This document shows, in pieces, positions 39,421-53,479 of a DNA stretch of 63,588 nt; position 1 is the stretch's first letter, and every line of letters starts with the position of its first letter. Under the pieces are notes generated by a model. It saw only the letters and a list, made by a program, of their open reading frames with translations. It did not search any database and had not been told where the DNA came from. This stretch comes from Octopus sinensis (taxonomy: Eukaryota). The stretch is from positions 1 through 63,588 of the forward strand of contig NW_021831862.1 of assembly GCF_006345805.1 (NCBI RefSeq), in the 5' to 3' direction. The position numbers were made by a program, and so were the translations under genes.

Positions 39421-40564
39421 TGTTTAAATCCTTATTCTGTCGCTCATTTTGCCGATCCGCTAAGTTACAGGAAGGAAAACGAAAAAAACACGAGTGAAAC
39501 GCACGTGCCGATGTAATCGAGTATTCCACTTCTCCCAAATTTCAGGCCTTGGGCCTTGAGTAGAAAGGGTTATTATCTGAGATTTGATTCTACATAATTA
39601 GAGAAATCACATACCTGTAAATCTGGACAAGAAACATCTTCGAAAGACATGATCTTGTCTTTTCATTTAATTTTCTATGATATTAATAAATAAATTAACT
39701 TCTTTGTTCTTTTTGTTGATTTTTCTTTCTTTTCTTATTCCTTTTTTTGTTTTGCATTTAATTATAGGTTGCAACGAATGGTAATAGATCCTCATTTATT
39801 TTATCTTCGAACGATGGAATAATCACCAATAATCATATAAGCCATGCTAACACAAAGCCCGATCCCACGATTAAATTCCGCAACGGTTGCAAGGCTTGCT
39901 AGAAATAGATCAGCCAAATACCAACAACTCACACTGTAACATCTTAATAAAAAAAGGATGGTCACGGCAGAAACTCTTTTACTATAGTTTCGGGCCGACC
40001 AAAGCTTTGTCAGAAATTTTGTAGACGTTACACTTCACGAAGTGAGACATTTATTTACATTTCAATCACTGATGAAGGAATGGACATTATTACATAAATG
40101 TACAATACGTACGTTATAAAAGCATATGTTTAATAGTTATTTACATATATATTTTTAGCTATTTTATTACTCAATGGATTTTTCGCGACACAAACTATTT
40201 AACTAGCAAGTAAAGACATTATCGCTTTTGCTAGTTTCTATGCTACAGTGAATTATATATGTCTCGAAATATTTCGACACAAGAAATTTAATATGTGTAT
40301 TATCAATAATAACAGTATTCTCTTGATCGTTTGCTAGCATTTCATTCTGATTATGGGCTCAAGAAATACTTGTAGCATTGATGGGATTAACGGATTTACG
40401 AATTCTATTGTTCTAAATTAAACATAAATGACTATTAGGGAAATATGAATACTGTCTAATTAAAAAAATGATTAATCACAATTGTATGATTAATGTAACA
40501 TACACACATATACATCAGGGTACAAGTTTGTACTTCTATCTCTCTTTTCTCTCTCTCTCTTTCA

Positions 40565-40621
<57 letters not shown>

Positions 40622-40976
40622 GAGAGAGACAAAGAGAAATATATGCACACACACAAAGACATACATAGAAGAATACGAGCAGTCGTACATACATACATGG
40701 ATGCATACATACATACATACATACATACATATTACAGTTTCGATAATATTCAACAAGTGAAAGAACTCCAATTGTATGAAAGATTAAAGTAGTTTTAAAA
40801 CAAATTAATGTCCCATTAATCATGTATAAAGAGCACCATATGTACGTATGTATGTATGTATGTATGTATGTATGTATGTATGTATGTATGTATGTATGTA
40901 TGTATGTATTTATCTGTGTAAATTTCCTAATATATTTCAGTTTTTCTTTAAGGTGTGTCCATACACAGACACACAG

Positions 40977-41008
<32 letters not shown>

Positions 41009-41103
41009 ACATTGTGTAATATATATTACAAGCAGGTTGTTAATGCTTATATACGTACTTCTTTACATCTTAACTACTTTTCATATATAATTCCATATAA
41101 ATC

Positions 41104-41157
<54 letters not shown>

Positions 41158-41454
41158 CACATCCATCCATCCAAACAAACATACATATACACACACACAT
41201 GTATATGTATGTATGTATGTATGTGTGTGTGTATGTATGCATGCATGCATGTATGTATGTATGTATGTATGTATGTATGTATGTATGTATGTATGTATGT
41301 ATGTATGCGTGCATATTTATGTATATATGCGTGCATATTTATATTTGTACGTGTATGAATATAAGCAAACATGCTTATATCATGTATGTAAATATACTTT
41401 CGTGTGTATGCATGTATATATATATATATATACACACATATATATGCATATATA

Positions 41455-41988
41455 CAGGGTGTCCCAAAAAAATGTATACACCTTAAATAATTGTAAATTT
41501 GGGTTTTATTATAATTCGAATAATTTTCAACATGTAAAAGAATTTACAAATATCATTCTATTGTCTTGTTATCGCATGTTCTCAAACTGATGTCCGTTCT
41601 GCTCCAGACACTGCTGACAACGCGAAGCGATGGAATGGCACACATCATGGAACAATTCCCTTGGGAGATTCGTACATTCATGTTCAATGGTTGCCCTCAA
41701 TTCAACGACTGTTACAGGTTTCTGTGCGTAGACTTTGTCCTTTAGGTATCCCCATAAAAAGAAGTCTAGTGGTGTGAGGTCTGGTGAACGTGGAGGGTAT
41801 TCGACAAAACCTCTCCGTCCAATCCACCTGTTTGGCAAGACCCCATCAAGAAAGGATCTAACACCGCGATGGTAGTGTGGAGGTGCCCCATCTTGCTGGA
41901 AATAAAACTCTTCCTGTTCAAAGTCCTCTCTAATACTTGGCATGACAGACTGTTGCAGCATGTGTATACATTTTTGGGGGACACCCTG
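41455..41988 (-). mobile_element. Tc1/mariner DD41D (rosa/Visitor-type) deletion derivative, 534 bp
   Basis: TA|cagggtgtcccaaaaaaatgtatacac TIR at both ends; [35 protein letters not shown] with 41 residues between the second and third Asp. Confidence 0.9.
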
Positions 41989-42005
41989 TATATATACATA
42001 TATCC

Positions 42006-42077
<72 letters not shown>

Positions 42078-42429
42078 TCACACACACACACACACACACA
42101 TATATATACATATATACATATACATACATAGAATCACATACACGCTGAAAGAAACACATTCGTCCACGCCTATATACACACATCGCTGACAGTCTCTGTA
42201 TGCAGGTGAGTGCGATTGATGTATGTTTATTTAATTACATTACCATAAGTAATTAAAGGGTGTTTCGTTGAAAATATATCACAATATACACTAATACGTA
42301 CATGCATATACATACATATATACATATAAGCATACATACAAACATACATACATGCAATACATATATACGCACGTATATACATACATACGCACATAGGCAT
42401 GCATAGATATGCACATACATACGTACATG

Positions 42430-42472
<43 letters not shown>

Positions 42473-43473
42473 TATATATGTATGCATAAGTGAACACATA
42501 CATATATACATAATATAAACACATACAATACATACGTACATACATGCACATACATACGTACATGCCTATATATATATGTATGCATAAGTGAACACATACA
42601 TATATACATAATATACACACATACAATACATACATACGTACATATATACATACATACGCACATAGGCATGCATAGATACGCACATACAAGTATGCATACG
42701 TACATACATACCTATGGACATACGGGCATACGGAAATACATACGTATGTAGTTACTATATCTGTACGTATATAGACAGAAATACATGCGAGCATACAGTC
42801 TTGCATATGTATATGTATATATATATATACACACACACATCTGTGCACACATTCATATATGCATATATGCATACAGATGTACACACGCATACAAACATAC
42901 ATACACATATATGGCATATAGATGTACACACGCGTAGATACACACATATATATGTATATATACATTTATATATATATATATATACACTCGCATACATACA
43001 CACACACACATATATATATATATGCGTACTTACATACATACACTCATGCACACACAGACACATGCATCCGTGCATATACACGCATACATACGCATATATA
43101 CATACATAGATACACACATCTGTTTGTATATACTTATATGATCGATGAATGTTTGAATAAAACATAATTATGCAGCAGAATAGTAATTTCAAATGGAAAG
43201 ATTAATTGTTATGGAGTCATTTCCTCATTAAGTCTCTTAATGAATAGAAGTGTTTTCTTAACGACAGACACACACACACACACACATATGCACGCACACA
43301 TACATACCTACACATTCTCTCTCTCACCACCAGCACCCAGCCCCACGAACACACGGACATATACACACAATGTTATAATTATATGTATGTATACACAAGG
43401 CGGTGCCCCAGCATAGCCGCAGTCTAATAACCAAAACACGTAAAAGTTATATGTGTATACATACATGTATATG

Positions 43474-43507
<34 letters not shown>

Positions 43508-43533
43508 CATACATATATACATCATACATATAC

Positions 43534-43578
<45 letters not shown>

Positions 43579-43750
43579 TATTATATATATATATATACAT
43601 ACACACACATACATACAGACAATTGCATATACATTTGTATTTCTATCTAAAGATATATACAGTATATACTTATATATATCTCTTTAGAAACATGTATATG
43701 TATATATATATATATACATATATATATACATATATATATACATATATACA

Positions 43751-43784
<34 letters not shown>

Positions 43785-43982
43785 ACGGGAAGCTTTATGA
43801 AAATAAACAAAAGACGAAGGCAGGTGGAAAACAAACAAACAATTGTATTAGTATGGCGCTCAGGAAATATAAATAAAACAATATATATATATATATATAT
43901 ACATACACACACATACATACAGACAATTGCATATACATTTGTACTTCTATCTAAAGATATATACAGTATATACAAATATATA

Positions 43983-44012
43983 CGAGAGGGCACCCAAAAG
44001 AAACCGGAATTT
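43983..44012 (+). mobile_element. Solitary mariner-like TIR
   Basis: TA|cgagagggcacccaaaagaaaccggaat resembles mariner ends; no partner found. Confidence 0.4.
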
Positions 44013-44039
44013 TGCAATATTTACCGAACACGGTCCTCA

Positions 44040-45690
44040 AAATTCGCCTAATTGTAAATTGCCGTCCTGGAGCCACCTGCCCGCTACAAACCCATTGCAG
44101 AAGATATAATGTAATCTACAAATGCACGGTCCTTAACCGATTACACAACTCTACAGCCATATACATAGGGTCAACAAAATATTTTAAGCAACGATATGCC
44201 ATTCATTTCCACTCTTTTAGATACGATAAACATAGTAAATCTACAACACTCGCCAACCACAAACATCATCTCAAAAATGCAAATGTACCCTATACTCTAT
44301 CATGGTCCATACTGGACTCAGGACCTCCCTACCGAGGTTAATGCTCAATCTGCAAGTTCTGCCTGAAGGAAGCACTCCAAATATTAAAGCACAACTCTCC
44401 AACACTGCTTAATAAACATAACGCGTTACTAAGTACATGCAACCACCGCTTTTATCACACATTTAAATTCCATCACAAATCCAAATGCCAGAATGACTAT
44501 ACAGCACATTTCCGCAATAATTCTTAGGTAAGTAATCCCATTAACCTATAAATTTACAGTCTAACTCATAACCCCTATCTAGTTTCTCACATATGCAACC
44601 ATCTGATTATATTTGTATTCGTATATACGCGCACACACCCATACGCGCGTGTATATGTACGAGTGAGGGTATGCATATATGCATGCATGTGGGTATATGT
44701 AAACATATGTACACATGCAAAGTATATATACCTGCATGTGGAGGGGCGATGATACACGCAGATGAGCGTATATGTGAGCGTGTATGAGGGCATAAGCATG
44801 CGAATAAGGATTGTATAGGTAACTTATCTGATATATACATATATATTTTTTCAGACTACTTAACACTGCTATTTCCTTAATTCTTCATATATTTGCCTTA
44901 CAATTAGAAGCTACTACTACACATTGGTCTTTACTCTACCTCTTAACCCACCCCCATTCCTCTATCTATTACACTATAATACCTTTCTCTCTCTATCGCC
45001 ACTTCTACTTTCAAATTATCTCCACTGACCACTGATTGATCTATATCGTAATTTTTCTTTTTTCTTTATTCCCTTATTTCATACCTGCAGGGTTTTTATT
45101 CTTTATTTTTTATTTTTTATTATTTTGTTATTTTTACGAATCGTCTCAGTCCTTTTTCTTTCATTCTTTCTTTCTCTCCTCTTTTTTCTCTTTTTTTTCT
45201 TTTTGTTTCATTCCTCTTTTCCTGTTTTCAATTTAACTATACAAATACACTCACTATTTCTAGGTCATTTTAAATACAAACCTTGACTCTGCAACACTCT
45301 ATATAAATTCCCTACTGGGAATGACCAAGTTTAAAAATCTGCTGGATTTCACTCATAAGAGAATCTTACATTGCTTATAAACACTCTATATTTGGAAGAA
45401 CTCATATTAAACTCTGTTGGACTTTTGGATTTTACTCAAAGGATATTGGAATATTGCATATATACCATTATGCCTATAAAACGGATTTACAAATTCAATA
45501 CCCATTCATATCTTACATCTATTTTCTTTCCTCCACCTCACTCTCTATTTGTATCACATCGAAACTAACTATGACTTAATTTTTCCTCTCACACCGTCTC
45601 CGATGAAGGGTTATTATTAATTAATATCCTAGAAACAGCTGTAAGATCTTCTATCTATAAATGCTCTAAACCCTTGTTTTTTATCTTATT
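44040..45690 (+). mobile_element. 5'-truncated Penelope-like element: GIY-YIG plus long 3' repeat
   Basis: NCRPGATCPL..NVIYKC..IYIGSTKYFKQRY..HSFR..STTLANH..YTLSWSILD..CKFCLKE..LLNK. Confidence 0.85.
45596..45647 (+). ncRNA. Minimal HHR motif in PLE 3' repeat
   Basis: GUCU/AGAU helix I; CCGAUGA (U4C); AGG/CCU helix II; A-GAAAC-AGCU-GUA; palindromic helix III ACAGCUGU. Confidence 0.65.
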
Positions 45691-46285
45691 ACGCAAAAAA
45701 TTCTTATAAATATATATATATATATATATATATTAATCAGCCGAAATTACTACGATGATCCGGTTCTTGACTGAAGACTGAGGGGTTCGAATGTCCTGTC
45801 CATGTTTATTGTATCGTCTTCTATGAGTTATACGTTCTTGTCCATGTTGTATTTTTCTACATACCTTAATATATATATATATATATATATATATCTGTGG
45901 GTGGGTGGGTGGGGGTGTGTGTGTTTGTGTGTGTGTGTGTGTGTGTGTATTTTTCGGGCAGTTACTTTTAATCAGTGATGGTTATTCATAAGAATTCAAA
46001 TAGCAAATTTACGTAGATGAATACTTCCACAATGACACACACACAACCACACATTTACATAAGCTCACAGGCAAACACACACACACAAACACACACACAC
46101 ACACAGAGAAACTTAAACATACACAGACATAGATATTTAAGTAACCTGCATCTTATATCATATTTCATTACTCATACATCTGTCAGATAAATGCATATTT
46201 ATGCATATAAGCAAGCATAGATCATAAGCGCACATGCACGCACACACACACACATACACACACACACACACAAACACTCACTCAA

Positions 46286-46365
46286 ATGTCTTCTGCTATA
46301 GCCTCGGGTCGATCAAAGCCTTCTGAATGGATTTGGTGGCTGGAAAATGAAAGGAGCCCGTCGTG
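46286..46365 (+). mobile_element. SINE family A middle fragment
   Basis: gtcttctgctatagcctcgggtcg..gagcccgtcg. Confidence 0.8.
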
Positions 46366-46399
<34 letters not shown>

Positions 46400-46555
46400 C
46401 GCATGTATGTATGTATGTATGTATGTATGTATGTATGTATGTATGTATGTATGTATGTATGTATGTATGTATGTATGTATGCATGTATGTATGTATGTAT
46501 GTATGTGCATATGCATGTATGTACGTACGTATGTGCGTCCAAACGGCTATAGATA

Positions 46556-47366
46556 TGTTTCTTTATTAGCCACATAGGGCTGCACACAGACGGGACAAAT
46601 TACAAGGTAGAGCTTTTTCTTTTTGGGGATAGAAAAAAGGGGGTTTGGTTTTCGATCAATAGGGATCGTTATCACAGAAATGTCAATATGAAGTGTAAAG
46701 GGGAGGACAGGTGAGATTTACCCGTGGAAAGAAAAGCCTACGGAAAAGACCTCGGTAACCTCGGTTAATGAAGTCACATGTTATATTTTTTTTACAAATA
46801 AGCAGCTCTCTGTATTAATCTTTACGGTTCATAGGATCATAGTCAAGGTGGCTTCGTCATTCATACGTGTCATCCTTGCTACATTCACCCATCTTTTTTT
46901 AAAACATTCACTAAACAAAACTTGCCTCTCTACTTTCACTTTCCTCTTCAAGTGATACTTGAAGAAGTTGATGAGCGATTGACCAGAGAGGAAATTGTTT
47001 GTCTCTAATCCTTTCAGGTGCGTCCACCAGATACATTCTTTTGCCATAGCCACAAGTATGATAAAAATAGCTCTTCCTTCCCGTTTGAAGGAAGGAGGCG
47101 TGACGATATTAACAATAGACTCGGCTGATAAACCGACTCGTCCCACACGTGACAGCAGTCGTTCGACATAAGCCCACAGGTCGGAGATTGTTGGACACTG
47201 CACGATTGCGTGCAGAACGGTTTCGTTGCTCTGCCCGCATTTCGGGCAGGTCGGCCCCGTGTTTCTCGAGCGATGCCTATAGAGCTTATCCCGAACGGGT
47301 AGCGCTTCTCGGTAGCACTGCCAGGCCAGGGATCACTGGAAGTTGTCCATAGGTCCCGGCCCGAAA
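46556..47366 (-). mobile_element. 5'-truncated Tx1-like LINE copy with TSD
   Basis: Homologous to 47563-48484; flanked by (aaa)cggctatagata at 46541-46555 and 47364-47378. Confidence 0.92.
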
Positions 47367-47371
47367 CGGCT

Positions 47372-47562
<191 letters not shown>

Positions 47563-50500
47563 TGTTTCTTTATTAGTCACACAGGGCTGCACACAGAGAG
47601 AACAAATTACAAGGTAGAGCTTTTCTTTTGGGGGTAAAAAAAGGGGGTTGGTTTTCGATCAAAAGGGATCGTAAGAGGAAAGAAAGAGGACAAAAAAAGG
47701 GTAGGATTTTAAAAAAAGGGCGGGAAGGGAAAAAAAAGAAAAGGGGAGAGGAAAAAAAAGTTGATCAATAGGGATCGTAATCACAGAAATGTCAATATGA
47801 AGTGAAAGGGGAGGACAGGTGAGGTTTACACGTGGAAGGAAAAGCCTACGGAAAAGACCACGGTAACCTCGGTCAATGAAGTCACATGTTATATTTCTTT
47901 TTTTTTTTTTGCAAATAAGCAACTCTCTGTATTAATTTTTACGGTTCATAGAATCATAGTCAAGGTGGCTTCGTCATTCATACGTGCCATCCTTGCTACA
48001 TTCACCCATCTTTTTTTAAAACATTCACTAGACAAAACTTGCCTCTCTACTTTCACTTTCCTCTTCAAGTGATACTTGAAGAAGTTGATGAGAGATTGAC
48101 CAGAGAGGAAATTGTTTGTCTCTAATCCTTTCAGGCGCGTCCACCAGATACATTATTTCGCCATAGCCACAAGTATGATAAAAATAGCTCTTCCTTCCCG
48201 TTTGAAGGAAGGAGGCGTGACAATATTGACGATAGACTCAGCTGATAAACCGACTCGTCCCACACGTGACAGCAGTCGTTCGACATAAGCCCACAGGTCG
48301 GAAATTGCTGGACACTGCACGATTGCGTGCAGAGCGGTTTCGTCGCTCTGCCCGCATCTCGAGCAGGTCGGCCCCGTGTTTCTCGAGCCATGCCTATAGA
48401 GCTGATCCCGAACGGGTAGCGCTTCTCGGTAGCACCGCCAGGCCAGTGATCTCTGGAAGTTGTCCATAGGTCCCGGCCCGAAAGTCGTTTGAAACAGGCG
48501 GGTCAGGTATTCCTCGTCGACGCCCAGGTTTGCCCCGAGATCGTCGTCGTACCTCCCCTCCACTAATCCCCTATAGAATGCTTGTGTTGAAGTCACTCAA
48601 GGTCGACCCGGGACGGCAGAGTTGCTTGAGAGCAACGCGACACTCGCGGTGCCATTCGCCCTTCCTCGGCCTCTTTTTGATCCACGACTGCAGTTCGGTC
48701 ATGGAGACGAGTTGCGGGAATGCGTGCCTCACAAACGGCGACCACACCTGTTCACCGTCGTCTACATAGAGCCGGAGATGTCGCAGTCTCAGCGCGTGTA
48801 TGCGCATCATCAACCACGGCATGCCCAGCCCTCCTTTTAACGGGTGTTGACAGCAAATGGATCGCCTGACCATCGGGACGCATCCTTTCCACAAGAAGCG
48901 GAAGAGAATGCGTTCTAGTTTGGTGATGGTAGGGTCGGGACAAGGTACGACGGTCAGGCGGTAGTAGATGATGGACGCGATGTATGTGTTCGCCACCTCC
49001 GCCCGACCTTTTAGGGACAGTTTCCTCTCGGCCCATTGCCGGGCGAGAGTGACCACCCTACTCGTTATCTCGTTCCAGTTCTTCTCCATTTGGAGGTCCG
49101 GACCGAACCAGACCCCGAGCAACTCAACCGGGCCGTCTGTCCAGCGTCCCACGACGGAGGTAGTGGTGGACGGCATGGGCTTGCTTCTCCAGGTGCCGAG
49201 CCGCAAGCCCACTGACTTTTCCCGGTTGATTTTCGCTCCTGTCACCGCTTCGTAGTCTTTCAGTGTCTCGCCGACCCGCTCGATGTGCTCGTGGATTGAC
49301 ACTATGACGGTGACGTCGTCCGCGTATGCAGACACGCTCGTCCCGCATCCCAGTTCTCGCGGGATGCCCCTCAGAGTCGCCAGCTTCCGCAGTAGTGGCT
49401 CAAGAGTCAATACGTATAGAAGCGCCGAGAGGGGGCATCCCTGACGGACCGAACGTGCAATGTCGAAAGGTCTCGATAGATGTCCATTTACGCGAATTAC
49501 CGAACGGATGCCTCTGTACAAGGCAGCTATCCAGCCGCGGAAGACGGGACCGAAACCAGCCGCTCTCAGGACTGCCTCCAAGTATCGATGTTCTACCCTA
49601 TCGAAGGCTTTCGATTGATCCAAGTTGATCAGGGCCCCACCCATGCCAGGTTCGTTATTACCCTGTCTATGATGTAGCGCATCAGATGGAGGTTGTCATG
49701 GATGCTCCGGCCCGGCACAGCGCACGCTTGTGCGTTGTCGACCAGTTTCTCGATGACAAGCGCCAACCTCTTGGCTAACACCTTTGTCAAAATTTTCAGG
49801 TCTGCATTGAGCAGAGTGATTGGTCTAAAGTTATCTATAATGTTCCCCTTGTTTGGATCTTTCTTCAGCAGTGTTACAGCTCCTCGACTCACAAAACCGG
49901 GTATGCTCCCGTTTTGCTGCCAGTTGCAGTATACCACTGCCAAGACGTCTCCAAACAAGTCTGGCATACAATTGTAAAACTCGTAGGGCAGACCATCCAA
50001 ACCCGGCGATTTGTCTCTCAAGCATTCTGCCATCGCGTCCCGCACATCCGCCGCCGTGATGGCACCTTCGCAGCACTCTGCCTCTCTTGCCGAGAGTCGT
50101 GGTAGGCTGTGCAGGTAGGCACTGAAGTCCACCCTGCGTTCACGCTCACCACTCGTCCCGTACAGTCGGGCAAAGTGCCGCTGAAATGTCTCGCACATCT
50201 TGCTGGGCTCGAGCAATTCGTGCCCTTGTTCATCTACCAGAGACCGAATGGTGGCTTTGTTGCCCTGCTGCGCCTCCGCCACCCGGGCCTCCCTCGCGGC
50301 TCCAACACCTTCCCTCCTTAGAGCACGCATCCTAGCCCTGGCAGCACACCCTTCGTGTTTGGTGTTGAAGTGTTGGTCAAGAGCCGACCTTGCTGCCAAA
50401 ACGTCGGGTGTGATGCCGCTTCTTATTGCCTCTTCTAACTTCTTAACTAACTCACCCTCTACTCTATTTCTATCTACGGCTAGTGCCTTGCTATATCTTA

Positions 50501-51647
50501 TTGCTTCCGCTTTTACTGCTCTCTTGAGGGCGAACCACCATTTGTTGTTGACAATGGCTCCCGTTAAAGCCCTTTTTACTAACGTGTTGATTCTGTCTCT
50601 GAAAACTTGTCTGGACGGGAATGATGCGTTCAGTTTCCAATAACCAGGACCCTGTCTATGTGCCTTATCTAAGTCTAGCGTACACGTCACGAATTTGTGA
50701 TCCGTGTAGCTGACTGTGTGGAATTGTGGACATCCTAAGTTATTCTTGTCTACTGTCCTACACAGTATCCTATCTAGATACGATCTCGACGACCCACTGC
50801 GGTTGCTCCATGTCCTCGTTGGTGCATTTGGGTGGTCGAATCGGTACCTGTCAGACAGTTGGAATCGTCTGAGCAGGTCTCTGAGGCATTTGCATCCCCT
50901 TCTGTTTTTGTCTCTCCCCACATAGTCTAGATGCGTGTCCAAGGTAGCATTCCAATCCCCCACTAAAAGTAAAGGACGAGACGTTCCCGGGAATACTTCT
51001 AGACGTCGAAAGAAATCCGGCCGACCTGTTAAAGGCGGTGCGTAGACTGATACGAGTCGAAAAGCGCACCCATTGCTGCCGTCGACATCCAGAACGACCA
51101 GTCTACCCTCCGGGTCTACGAATATGGTCTTGACTTCGAGATCCAGGCTCTTGTGAAAAAGTACCGTGGTGCCACTACCGCCCATCCTCGGCAGACAGGG
51201 AGCAAAATAAATGTTAAACTGTCCGCCAAACATGGACTTTAGGGCCCGTGGCTCGTGGAGTCTGGTCTCACTTATGGCTATGATTCCCAAATCGTGTGAC
51301 TTGATGTCATTTAGGAGGTATCCTTGTTTCCAAGGAGACCCCAAGCCACGCGCATTCACACAACCAATCTTGACCATGATTCTATTGGGGTATGTGCTTT
51401 AAAACACAAAAAGGAAAGTACAGAGAGTTACTTACTTGTGTCGAAAGTTTTGGCTTCCTCGTTCTTTGATGTGTCATGGAGGAGGTTTCTATAGAGTTTT
51501 TGCGAGAGATATTTTTGGAAACCCCCCACAGCATTTGGAAAGAGGGCTTTGAGTATGTGGTGTTGTGTTTGTGTGATGTGTAGTATTTGGATGTGTTTGG
51601 GTGGTGTAGTGCGTGGATGATTGTTAGTTTTGAAGTCATCTTGGAAA
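47563..51647 (-). mobile_element. Tx1-like (L1 clade) LINE: ORF1 3' remnant, complete ORF2, 3' UTR
   Basis: ORF1 tail 51428-51647; ORF2 from ATG 51377; 3' UTR with AATAAA near the end; (GATA)n on both sides. Confidence 0.93.
47946..51377 (-). pseudogene. ORF2: APE endonuclease, RT and CCHC finger; two frameshifts and one stop
   Basis: NARGL, SET, YAP, GDWN, DH (APE); KSPGLDG, FRPITLLNAD, LDQSKAFDRV, RQGCPLS, YADD (RT); CSRCGQSDETALHAIVQC; breaks near 49635, 48590 and 48153. Confidence 0.93.
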
Positions 51648-51831
<184 letters not shown>

Positions 51832-52496
51832 GCGGAATGAGAGGTAATGGGTGATTGGTGTGCGTGTGCGTATACGTGTGTGTGTGTGTGTGCGTGTGTG
51901 TATGTGTGTGTTGGTGGCTGGATGTGCTATGTTTGAACACATACGCCAAACATTATTGTACAATAACTTATAAAACGATATTTTTGAATGTATAAAGTGA
52001 AACCGCTTATGATATGGTTTCAAATTGCAGGAACAAGGATTAAGACCACCGGCACCTCCATCACCTTAAATGATATTCTAATCATCTTGAACGAAGGATA
52101 TAAATTTAATAACCCAACCATTATAAACGAAACTGAGCCCGCAGAAATACTTAATCTGTATTGTAAGCAAACACTTTCTGAAGCCGTTAAATATGACATA
52201 ATTCAGACCCCCTGTGGATATTTACATCTTAATGCACAATAATGGAGAATTATGCATTTATTAAAGGTTTCCTTAATGAGTTCAAGGAGCATTCTCATAT
52301 ACCTGTTGTCGCGTATCTTTTGCAAAAGAAGACAAACAAATATTTCTGAGTAAATTGACAATAGAGTAGTTGAGAGCATGCACATAGTTCTTCACTACAA
52401 GCATCTCATATTCAGGTTTAGCCTCGAAGTTAATATTGTTGTATTATTTATTCTCTCGCAGTTAAATCAGTGGAATTGTTTTTCAAATATTGTATA

Positions 52497-52651
52497 GGCT
52501 TGGCAGTGTGGTTAAGAAGGTCGCTTTGCAACCTCTTTGGTTTCCGGTTCAGTCCTACTGCATGGCACCTTGGGTAAGTGTATCCGGTTCGACCAATGGC
52601 TTGTGAGTGAATTTGATAGACGGAAGCTCTGAAGAAGCCCATTATGTGTAT

Positions 52652-52715
<64 letters not shown>

Positions 52716-52960
52716 ATGCGTGCGTGTGGGGTGGGATCTTAATGTCTGTGCTAGTCTACTCTCATCATCGCTTGACAACCGGTGCTGGTTTGTTTCCGTC
52801 CCTGTAAACTAGCTCTTCGACAAAAAAAGATGGACAAAATAAGTACTAGACTTTTACAAATATCCAAGTAGCTGAATCGACTTTTTAAACTGAAAACTTC
52901 AATACGGTGCCTCAGTATGGCCCTATTCCAATGACTAAAATAAATAAATAAATAAAAATA
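52497..52960 (+). mobile_element. SINE family A
   Basis: ggcttggcagtgtggttaag..ggttcagtcctactgcatggcacc head, internal (TG)n, tail. Confidence 0.82.
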
Positions 52961-53479
52961 AAATATTAAATATATTATTACTTTATCAATGTTCAAATTG
53001 AGGAAATTACTAATGTCCTAGGAATTGCTCACAATGAAGTCTGGCGATACTTAAATGCCAGATACTTTAGTTCTGTTAAAGACCAGAGACACTCACGAAA
53101 ACAAAATGTCCGGCGTATTACGGGCAGTTGTATGGGTGACGTTTGCCTGTAATATGCCGGACAGACAACAGCGTGTCTACTTCACTGAAAAAAAATGAGA
53201 CAAACGCCAGAAGCCACAAATTGAGATACACATGCATACACGTGTAGACTTTTTCTTTCTTTCTTCCACTCTCTCTCTCCCTCCCCCTCTCTTTCATATA
53301 CAGGCTCTTTCTCCACTCTCTTTCTCCCTCTCCTTCTCTCTCGCACACTCTTTGTCCTCATCTCTCTCTTCAACAGCCTCATTTTTTCATCCCTCCCTTT
53401 CTTTCCTTCTTTCTTTCTTTCACACGCACGCACGTACACACACACGCGCGCGCGCGCATGCACACATACTTTGGTCTTA

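Noticed and set aside
40060-40110. CUGAUGA-AGGA half motif
   Set aside because: No downstream GAAA or helix III
42280-43972. Local direct duplications (~120 bp at 42.3-42.7 kb; ~75 bp at 43597 and 43900)
   Set aside because: Low-complexity slippage or possible assembly duplication; no functional signal
51988-52242. 84-aa ORF or possible host exon after a ttgcag acceptor
   Set aside because: No recognisable domain, stops in all frames within ~220 nt, and no partner exons
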